64,000 nucleotides of DNA, taken from assembly GCA_964617455.1 (NCBI GenBank), contig CAZTYF010000007.1, forward strand, positions 24,980 through 88,979. The letters run 5' to 3'. A model generated the notes under the pieces. The model was not told where the DNA came from and ran no database searches. It saw only the letters and a list, made by a program, of their open reading frames with translations. The translations under genes and the position numbers were made by a program. The stretch is from an uncultured Oscillospiraceae bacterium. GTDB taxonomy: Bacteria; Bacillota; Clostridia; Monoglobales; Monoglobaceae. Shown here in pieces: positions 28,287-35,294 of this stretch (the first letter of the stretch is position 1; every line of letters begins with the position of its first letter).

Positions 28287-28381
28287 GAGGCAAACCCGGT
28301 GAAAGCCGGTGACGCAAAGCTATGGGGTCTAAAACGGTTTCCGGCGGACGCGCGGGATTCGGTCATGACAGCCCGGCCGCC
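28287..28381 (+). promoter_or_regulatory. c-di-GMP-I (GEMM-I) riboswitch aptamer, copy 2
   Basis: GGCAAACCCGGTGAAAGCCGGTGACGCAAAGCTATGGGGTCTAAA...ATGACAGCCCGGCCGCC. Stem differences relative to copy 1 are compensatory. Confidence 0.85.
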
Positions 28382-28470
28382 TGCTCCGGTGTGCAAGCAG
28401 TGAGTGCGGGATGCACTTAAGTCACACCACAGGAAAGTTTGATCGTTTTAATCCATAAAAACCTGAACAA

Positions 28471-28550
28471 ACGGCAAACCCGACGAAAATCGGGGACGCA
28501 AAGCTATGGGGTCTAAAGCAAGTCACCTTGCTATGACAGCCCGGCCACCT
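28471..28550 (+). promoter_or_regulatory. c-di-GMP-I (GEMM-I) riboswitch aptamer, copy 3
   Basis: GGCAAACCCGAC-GAAA-ATCGGGGACGCAAAGCTATGGGGTCTAAAGCAAGTCACCTTGCTATGACAGCCCGGCCACC. The distal helix is shorter than in copies 1 and 2. Confidence 0.85.
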
Positions 28551-28631
28551 GCTTGGTTTCAAGCCGAGTCACCAATCGGTGATGAGTGGCATTGCCTTTG
28601 GCAATGGTTTGTGAAAGATTGGAGGATTATC

Positions 28632-29372
28632 ATGACAAAGACTTTGAAAAGCATTTTCGTTCTGTTGATTGCAGTGGTTGCTGTTTGCAGCATATCTGCT
28701 TATGCCGCAGAAGAAAACACGGCTCTCGACGCAACTTTTGCCGAAGCCGTTGCAAGCTATGAAACGACAGTAGACGTATCCCGATTCAATATGACCGCCG
28801 ACGATGTTATGAATGCGTTCCTTTCATATTTGGACAGGACACCGAGGAACTTTTATGTTTCCAAAACCGTTAATTGCTCTTATTCAACAGCAACAAACAA
28901 GGCCGCCCTGTTGACAATATCCTATACGGACAGTGAGGATGTTATCAACGGAAAGCTTGCGGCGTTCGATGCGGAAGTTGCAAACATCACGGCCCTTGTT
29001 AATGACTCGATGACAGCAGAAGAAAAGGCAAAAATCATCCACAATTACTTTATCGAGAACTGCTCCTACGATTTCACCGATACGGCGAAAACCGCCTATG
29101 ATGCAATCGTAAATAAAGTCGGTGTATGCCAGGCGTATTCTTCCGCATATCAGTATGTTATGAATGCAGTCGGCGTGCCCTGCACAACGGTGGCAAGTGT
29201 TGCTATGAATCACAGTTGGAATCTCATTGAAGTAAACGGTGTGCTGTACCATGTTGATGTAACCTGGGACGACCCGGTCATAGACGGAGTCAATACAAAT
29301 ACAATTCCCTTCTATGATAACTTCATGAAGAGCGACGCAGAGATTTCCGTTGACCACTATGCATGGAGCTAA
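28632..29372 (+). CDS. secreted transglutaminase-like (Cys-His-Asp) domain protein
   Basis: GGAGG (28621-28625) lies upstream of ATG 28632. Signal peptide MTKTLKSIFVLLIAVVAVCSISAYA. Core VGVCQAYSSAYQYVMNAVGVPC...NHSWNLIEV...HVDVTWDD fits the transglutaminase-core C/H/D pattern. Confidence 0.8.
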   Translation: MTKTLKSIFVLLIAVVAVCSISAYAAEENTALDATFAEAVASYETTVDVSRFNMTADDVMNAFLSYLDRTPRNFYVSKTVNCSYSTATNKAALLTISYTDSEDVINGKLAAFDAEVANITALVNDSMTAEEKAKIIHNYFIENCSYDFTDTAKTAYDAIVNKVGVCQAYSSAYQYVMNAVGVPCTTVASVAMNHSWNLIEVNGVLYHVDVTWDDPVIDGVNTNTIPFYDNFMKSDAEISVDHYAWS

Positions 29373-29386
29373 TCCGAAAAGTAACA

Positions 29387-29414
29387 GACCCCGGCTCACC
29401 GCCGGGGTCCTTTT
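29387..29414 (+). terminator. terminator after the transglutaminase-like gene (overlaps the rsmG 3' end)
   Basis: 8-bp stem GACCCCGG/CCGGGGTC followed by CTTTTAT. Confidence 0.6.
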
Positions 29415-30142
29415 ATGTCTTCCGAATATGCCCTCTGTCTGTCTTTGGAGGTTCGTTTTATCCTTTTTTCGCTTCGGGGAAATTGTTTCGGAGTGGGTTT
29501 TGTTTTTTCCGTTATGACAATGGTCCGAATTATATCGCTTTCGGGAAGGGGAGCGGTGATTATATCGGTTATTTTGCCGCCCAAAGTGCCGATAATGGGC
29601 TTTGCCCTTTCGATTTCCTCCTCCGAGTCCCGCCCTTTCAGGGCAATGAACCTGCCTCCCACTTTGAGATAGGGGAGACAGTATTCGGACAGGACCGTCA
29701 TATTTGCCACTGCCCGAGACAGAACACAGTCAAAGGCCTCTCGGCAGCCGTTTTTTTTCGGTTCCTCCGCTCTTCCGTGAATGCAATTTGCATCAATTCC
29801 CAATTCTTTTGACAGGGTTTCCAAAAACCGAACTTTTTTGCCTACGGAATCTATCAGGGTCAAATCGATATCCGGAATCATCAGTTTTATGGGTATGCCG
29901 GGGAATCCCGCTCCGGTGCCTATGTCGGCAACCGAACCCTCTATTTCCGTATATTTGAGAGGGAGCAGGGAGTCCAAAAAATGCTTAACCGTTATTTCAT
30001 CCTCATCGGTGATGGCGGTCAGGTTGAATTTTTTGTTCCACTCCAAAAGCAGCTCCGAATATTTCTCAAATTGATTCACCGTGTCCCCGTCGGCAGAAAG
30101 GCCCATGGCGGCGAGGCCTTTTTCAAAAAGCTCTTTATTCAT
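29396..30142 (-). CDS. rsmG: 16S rRNA (guanine527-N7)-methyltransferase
   Basis: LLEWNKKFNLTAI...HFLDSL...DIGTGAGFPGIPIK...SRAVA are RsmG/GidB motifs. The start is placed at MNKELFEKG. Confidence 0.9.
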   Translation of the reverse strand: MNKELFEKGLAAMGLSADGDTVNQFEKYSELLLEWNKKFNLTAITDEDEITVKHFLDSLLPLKYTEIEGSVADIGTGAGFPGIPIKLMIPDIDLTLIDSVGKKVRFLETLSKELGIDANCIHGRAEEPKKNGCREAFDCVLSRAVANMTVLSEYCLPYLKVGGRFIALKGRDSEEEIERAKPIIGTLGGKITDIITAPLPESDIIRTIVITEKTKPTPKQFPRSEKRIKRTSKDRQRAYSEDIKGPRR

Positions 30143-31544
30143 TGGCAGTTTTCCTGTTTTCTCTGTCTTTTTCTGTGAGGGCATATCCCAAATCACAGAT
30201 GTTTCCTGCGCCCATGGTGATTATCAAATCCTCCGCCTCGGCATTTTCCGAAAGATATCGGCCTATTGCCCCCAAATCGTTCATATATATTGCTCCCTTT
30301 ATCTTCCTTGCCAAATCGCAGGAGTGAACAGTGCCGTCGTATTTCTCCCGTGCGGGATATATATCGGCTATCATAACTTTGTCCGCCTCTCCGAGAGCCG
30401 AGGCAAACTCATCCAAAAATGCCGCCGTCCTTGTGTAGGTGTGGGGCTGGAATACCACCCAGATGTTTTTGTACCCCATTTTTTGGGCGGCTCTCAGGGT
30501 GGCCCTTATCTCTGTGGGATGGTGGGCATAGTCATCAATCACATCGCTGCCGCAAGATGCCTTGCCGAGTTTTTCAAAGCGTCTATGGGTTCCGGTAAAT
30601 TCCTCAAGGCCCTTTTTGATGTATTTCGCCTCGATTCGGAGAAAGTCGCAGGCGGCGGCAACGCCCACCGCATTGCATATGTTGTGCTCCCCCACCACGT
30701 TTAAGTCAACATGGCACAGTTTCTTTCCCCTGCCTAAAATATCAAAACTCGGATAGGCCCCGGACCGATAGGATATATTTTGGGCGGTATAGTCTGCATT
30801 CGGGTTTTTTATGCCATATGTCACAAGAGGTTTTTTGACATTTTGCACAATATTTTGGGTAGTGTTTTCGTCAATACAAACAATATTACATCCATTATCA
30901 TCAGTAAGTCTTGTAAATTTTGTAAAAGATGTTATAATGTGATTAAGGTCTTTAAAATAATCAAGGTGATCCTCTTCGATGTTCGTGACTATCGATACAT
31001 AAGGATTAAAATGAAGAAAGCTTTCCACATATTCACATGCCTCAAAAGGCAGATATTCGGAGCTGCCGATACGGTAGTTTCCGCCTATTTGGCGCAATTC
31101 TCCGCCTATCAGAACCGTGGGATCCTTTCCGGCCTCAAGGAGCACCAGCGACAGCATTGACGAGGTTGTGGTTTTCCCGTGCGTACCCGCCACAGCTATC
31201 GGATACTTATAGAGATCAAGGAGTGCGCCGAGCATTTCTGCCCGCTCCACCACCGGAACGGAAAGGCGGCGGGCGGCAAGGAGTTCGGGATTGTCGTCGC
31301 TTATGGCGGCGGTATAACACACCGCATCCGGGTCCTTGATGTTGGCGGCGCTCTGACCCACAAAAATCTCAGCACCATTACGTTTCAGCCTGTCCGTGAG
31401 TTCGGAGTCTTTTGTATCACTGCCGGACACCTTGTATCCAAAGCCGAGCAGCATTTCCGCAATGCCGCTCATGCTGATTCCGCCGATGCCGATCATGTGT
31501 ATGTGTGCGCCCTTCGGTATTTCGGCAAACGAAAACTTATTCAT
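30135..31544 (-). CDS. murC: UDP-N-acetylmuramate--L-alanine ligase
   Basis: HMIGIGGISMSGIAEML, AVAGTHGKTTTSSM and DDYAHHPTEI are MurC signatures. Confidence 0.95.
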   Translation of the reverse strand: MNKFSFAEIPKGAHIHMIGIGGISMSGIAEMLLGFGYKVSGSDTKDSELTDRLKRNGAEIFVGQSAANIKDPDAVCYTAAISDDNPELLAARRLSVPVVERAEMLGALLDLYKYPIAVAGTHGKTTTSSMLSLVLLEAGKDPTVLIGGELRQIGGNYRIGSSEYLPFEACEYVESFLHFNPYVSIVTNIEEDHLDYFKDLNHIITSFTKFTRLTDDNGCNIVCIDENTTQNIVQNVKKPLVTYGIKNPNADYTAQNISYRSGAYPSFDILGRGKKLCHVDLNVVGEHNICNAVGVAAACDFLRIEAKYIKKGLEEFTGTHRRFEKLGKASCGSDVIDDYAHHPTEIRATLRAAQKMGYKNIWVVFQPHTYTRTAAFLDEFASALGEADKVMIADIYPAREKYDGTVHSCDLARKIKGAIYMNDLGAIGRYLSENAEAEDLIITMGAGNICDLGYALTEKDRENRKTANE

Positions 31545-31722
31545 ACAAACGCTACCCTCTTTCAATCGGAATTCATAGGTGTAGTATACTACATATTTGA
31601 GTGCAATTCAAGGGTTATGCTCACAAAGTTCAATTTTTTGAAAGAGCCGGGAAGGAATGTGTTTACACAAAGGTTAGAGCGGTTAAAAATATTCGGAGGA
31701 ATCCGGGAAAGGATGAAAGAGT

Positions 31723-32010
31723 ATGCTGATTACAGACATCAGAGTCAGAAGGATTAACGCTGACGGAAGAATGAAGGCAGTTGTTTCAGTAACTTTTGAT
31801 GACGCATTCGTGGTTCATGACATAAAAATCATCGAAGGCCAAGAAGGAAAACTGTTTACGGCTATGCCCAGCAGAAAGACACCGGACGGAGAATACAAGG
31901 ACATAGCACATCCGATTAATTCTACTACAAGAACAATGCTTAACGAGCAGATACTTGCAAAGTATCAGGAAGTGTTGGAAGAAGAGGCATCCGAGGAAGA
32001 GGAATTATAG
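31723..32010 (+). CDS. spoVG: septation protein SpoVG
   Basis: [39 protein letters not shown]...[21 protein letters not shown] is canonical SpoVG. Confidence 0.95.
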   Translation: MLITDIRVRRINADGRMKAVVSVTFDDAFVVHDIKIIEGQEGKLFTAMPSRKTPDGEYKDIAHPINSTTRTMLNEQILAKYQEVLEEEASEEEEL

Positions 32011-32017
32011 GAATTTC

Positions 32018-32044
32018 GGGTCGCACGAAAGTGCGGCCCTTTTT
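32018..32044 (+). terminator. spoVG terminator
   Basis: GGGTCGCAC-GAAA-GTGCGGCCC followed by TTTTT. Confidence 0.75.
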
Positions 32045-32090
32045 GAACGCTCCGATGTTTCACCCGTAAAATTCCCGATAAATTTCCTGT

Positions 32091-34616
32091 TTACTTATAT
32101 CCTATTCTCACGGGGCCAATCAGTCCGGAGGGAGACAGCGCAATATAGCGGGAATATTTGTCCCGAAATTTGTAGGCAGGATTGTTTGTTACGATTATTT
32201 CAAGGCGGTTTATACCCGTCTCCAAATCAACATCATACCTATAAGGCGGGCAAATTTCGATGCCTGCTTTTTTGCCGTTTACGATAAGCTCCGCAATTTC
32301 TCCCACCTCTCCCAAATCAATCAGGGCGCTGCCCCCCGGTGACAAAAATTCCGTCCGATATCGAATTTTGCCGCAGAATCTGTCAAGACTCTCTTCTCCG
32401 GTGATGTTTATGAGAGGGCTCGATTTTTTGCAGGGCACAAAATCTTTCCCGTTTTCGGATATATCAATGTCAAATTTGAGTTCCTCTTTTATAAGATCGG
32501 GCAAATCGGGCCGATATTTCGGCAAATTCTTCGGCTTGCCGCCAAAGATGACCGCAAGAGGACGATAGGGCTCAACCACCAGACGGAGTTCTCCGTCCCC
32601 GTCGGCCTCAAACAAAGTGTTCTCCGTTCCGTCATATATGACACAGGCGCCTTTTTCGGAGGGAAATTTTACAACTCCGTCAAAAGTTTGGCTTACGCTC
32701 TCATTGTTTAAAAAATAGATGTCAATCCCCTCTCGCTCATACTTGAGCACCCGTAAATCCAGAAAAGGTTCCTTGAGGGCAATTTCCCCGTATTTTGCCC
32801 CATAGGCGCAAATATCCTCAAGAGGGACAACACCGATATGGAAGGGGTTTTGGTAATTTTTGGGAATGCCGTCAATAAACACCACATCGCACCCCGATTT
32901 TTTCAATTTTTCCAATATTCCAAGACAGGATTTTGGCAAAATTTCCCCATAGGGAACAATAATCAGCGGGTATTCCATGCCGTTTATTGTGAACTTGCCA
33001 TCTTTGGCTTGCCCCTCATTTAGGGCATCAAAGGGGATAATGTCACAATCGATTTGTGCTTCCAAAAGTTTCTTCAGCGGCTTCTGCTCAAGCATATATT
33101 TTCCGCCGCACCACTCCGCCTCGGCATGGTATACCACGGCGGCGGAGGGATTTGCCATGCCTCCGCTCAATATGTGGCACATCCGATTTATGTAACCGCT
33201 AAGATACTTCAGGTATTCATATTGGGGATTTTTGCCGCTTCCGTAGAGATGGGGAGGGCAATCGGGATCGTCTTCTTTCGGAGAAAAAGCGTGGGGCACA
33301 AAACGGTTAATTCCCGCCGCCAAAAAGTGGTCAATTTGCCACTTCATCAAAGGCAAGCCCTCCGCCCAGCCATAACCGCCAAAACATTCACAGAGGGCCC
33401 GGCCCTTTTTTCCCGATTGAATATGTGCCAGGGATGCGCCCAATTTTCCCAAGGCAAAATCATAGAAGTCCGGGTCGTTGTTTCGTGTGGACGCATAGAC
33501 TGCGTGACACATATTCCCAAAGCCCGGCAGGAGTTGGTGATACACGGCATCGATTCCCGACATATCCTGGCCCCTCAGAGCACGAAAATAGTGGCCCGCT
33601 CCGGGTCCCAAACGGGAGCTGACATTCATATCCTCAAGAATGTGCCCGATATACAGAACTCCCCGCTCCCGACACCAATCTCCCAGCATTTGGCAAAAGT
33701 TTTTTGCGTACATTTCGGATATGGCATTCATGTACTCATATCTCACCGAGGCCGTGATATCACCGCAATCGTACCAAAGGGCGGGAGCGGCACATACCCC
33801 GGGCAGCCCGGATGCCCTTTTGATTACATCCCATAGGGAATCGGTCCAGGGCAGGGCTGCACTCACCGTTCCCACGGAGGTTTCATAGCCTTTCGGCAGG
33901 GTTCTGAAACCCGGTTCATCGCTGAAAAATCCGGCTATGGTTTTGCCGAACTCCTCTCTGTATCGCCTGTAGTGAGGTTCATAGACCTCGTCAATCATCA
34001 TTTTGCAGGACTCGGGATTTAAAGGGTCCGCCATATAGGCGGAACGGCCTTCCGAGCCTCCTTGGGTATTGATAAAAAAGAAAACCCGCCACACTCCCTC
34101 CGGCACATCAAACCGAAGCAAGCCGTTATGAATTTTATCGGAGAGGTCTATTGCCTTCCCCGTCAAATCTTCTCCCGCTCCGCTCCGCTTCACCGCCGCG
34201 GCGCCCACCAACCGCTCGTCAAACTCGGGCCTGAGTTCGGGAAGCAAAATCGACATCTCGTTTTTGGGACCCGTCACATCCATATTCTTTTCAATCAAAA
34301 AACGCTTGCGCAAGTCGGGACGTCTTTTTTCAAACACACCGTTGGCATATCCGCTGGGGAAATGCTTGTCGTCAAAAATCCAGACCTTCATGTGGAGCTT
34401 TTTGGCTTCGGCTATTATATTGTCAAGATTTTCCCACCACTTCTCACCGCAAAAATCCTCAAAGGGGCGGGACTCCACACAAAAGGCCCCGATTCCCGCC
34501 TCGTGAATTTTGTTTATCTCCCGACATATTGTTTCCGCATCCTCCCCATGCTGCCAAAACAGGGGCATTATATAGTTGTCATACTTCTCGTTTACGGCCT
34601 CAATTACCCGTTTCAT
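32091..34616 (-). CDS. putative glycoside hydrolase (TIM-barrel-like N-part, C-terminal galactose-binding/jelly-roll-like domain)
   Basis: No signal peptide. N-terminal PLFWQHGED...AFCVESRPFEDF...MKVWIFDDKHFPSGYANG. C-terminal LGEVGEIAELIVNGKKAGIEICPPYRYDVDL..GINRLEIIVTNN resembles the sugar-binding domain of GH2/GH106-type enzymes. The family is not assigned. Confidence 0.6.
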   Translation of the reverse strand: MKRVIEAVNEKYDNYIMPLFWQHGEDAETICREINKIHEAGIGAFCVESRPFEDFCGEKWWENLDNIIAEAKKLHMKVWIFDDKHFPSGYANGVFEKRRPDLRKRFLIEKNMDVTGPKNEMSILLPELRPEFDERLVGAAAVKRSGAGEDLTGKAIDLSDKIHNGLLRFDVPEGVWRVFFFINTQGGSEGRSAYMADPLNPESCKMMIDEVYEPHYRRYREEFGKTIAGFFSDEPGFRTLPKGYETSVGTVSAALPWTDSLWDVIKRASGLPGVCAAPALWYDCGDITASVRYEYMNAISEMYAKNFCQMLGDWCRERGVLYIGHILEDMNVSSRLGPGAGHYFRALRGQDMSGIDAVYHQLLPGFGNMCHAVYASTRNNDPDFYDFALGKLGASLAHIQSGKKGRALCECFGGYGWAEGLPLMKWQIDHFLAAGINRFVPHAFSPKEDDPDCPPHLYGSGKNPQYEYLKYLSGYINRMCHILSGGMANPSAAVVYHAEAEWCGGKYMLEQKPLKKLLEAQIDCDIIPFDALNEGQAKDGKFTINGMEYPLIIVPYGEILPKSCLGILEKLKKSGCDVVFIDGIPKNYQNPFHIGVVPLEDICAYGAKYGEIALKEPFLDLRVLKYEREGIDIYFLNNESVSQTFDGVVKFPSEKGACVIYDGTENTLFEADGDGELRLVVEPYRPLAVIFGGKPKNLPKYRPDLPDLIKEELKFDIDISENGKDFVPCKKSSPLINITGEESLDRFCGKIRYRTEFLSPGGSALIDLGEVGEIAELIVNGKKAGIEICPPYRYDVDLETGINRLEIIVTNNPAYKFRDKYSRYIALSPSGLIGPVRIGYK

Positions 34617-34837
34617 ATGTTCCCGCACCTCCGATTTTCTCTGAAAATATAATCCCATTGTATCACAATCCCGGCATTTTGTGAAGATATAACCCGTCCG
34701 ATAAACCCTATTTTGGGAAAAACCCGTTTCCGAGCCGATAATTTCCGCAGATACCGCTTTTTAAATCTTCCATGTACAACATCCGCCTCTCCGTGTGCAA
34801 GGCAGCGGTTCCCCGGCCGAGAGACGGAGTGAAAGTT

Positions 34838-35071
34838 ATGATAGGCTTCCCCGAGCCTTACGGTCCGGACGACGCGGGCGTCAAGTTCACCGCCTATCAC
34901 CACACCCAAAACGAGCACGGAAACACGGTGGAGGCGGAGGAGATTCCCTGTGAAGTTACTCCCTATGGTTTGGCTATCCCCTACAAGAGCTTCAGCCCTG
35001 CCGGCTTTCCGAAAGGGCCAAAAATTTTTCAAAAAACTATTGACAATTCGGACACCTGTGTGCTATTATAA
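34838..35071 (+). CDS. hypothetical 77-aa ORF, possibly the remnant of a surface-protein C-terminus
   Basis: GGAG lies 8 nt upstream of ATG 34838. The motif ...EEIPCEVTPYGLAIPYKSFSPAGF resembles the terminal beta-sandwich seen at the ends of Firmicutes surface proteins. The 3' end overlaps the tRNA promoter. Confidence 0.25.
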   Translation: MIGFPEPYGPDDAGVKFTAYHHTQNEHGNTVEAEEIPCEVTPYGLAIPYKSFSPAGFPKGPKIFQKTIDNSDTCVLL

Positions 35072-35085
35072 TAAAGCTGTTTTAC

Positions 35086-35163
35086 GGTCCGGTAGTTCAG
35101 TAGGTTTAGAATGCCAGCCTGTCACGCTGGAGGTCGTGGGTTCGAACCCCATCCGGATCGCCA
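35086..35163 (+). tRNA. tRNA-Asp (anticodon GUC), CCA encoded
   Basis: GGTCCGG acceptor pairs with CCGGATC. Anticodon loop CCTGTCACG, T-arm GGTTCGAACCC, 3' GCCA. Confidence 0.95.
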
Positions 35164-35165
35164 TT

Positions 35166-35241
35166 GCTGCCTTAGCTCAGTAGGCAGAGCACTTCCTTGG
35201 TAAGGAAGAGGTCGGCAGTTCGAATCTGCTAGGCAGCTCCA
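35166..35241 (+). tRNA. tRNA-Thr (anticodon GGU), CCA encoded
   Basis: GCTGCCT acceptor pairs with AGGCAGC. Anticodon loop CTTGGTAAG, T-arm AGTTCGAATCT, 3' TCCA. Confidence 0.95.
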
Positions 35242-35266
35242 AGCGCCGCACGGTTGTGCGGCGCTT
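35242..35266 (+). terminator. strong hairpin after the tRNA pair (weak U-tract)
   Basis: 10-bp stem AGCGCCGCAC-GGTT-GTGCGGCGCT followed by only TT. Confidence 0.5.
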
Positions 35267-35294
35267 AATAGTTACTTGTTATGGAGGAAGAGCC

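Noticed and set aside
28105-28555. A three-copy repeat with ~180-nt period that could be mistaken for a CRISPR-like or tandem-repeat array.
   Set aside because: The repeat units are about 90 nt and structured. They vary by compensatory stem changes and match the GEMM-I aptamer core. There are no short uniform repeats or spacers and no cas genes.
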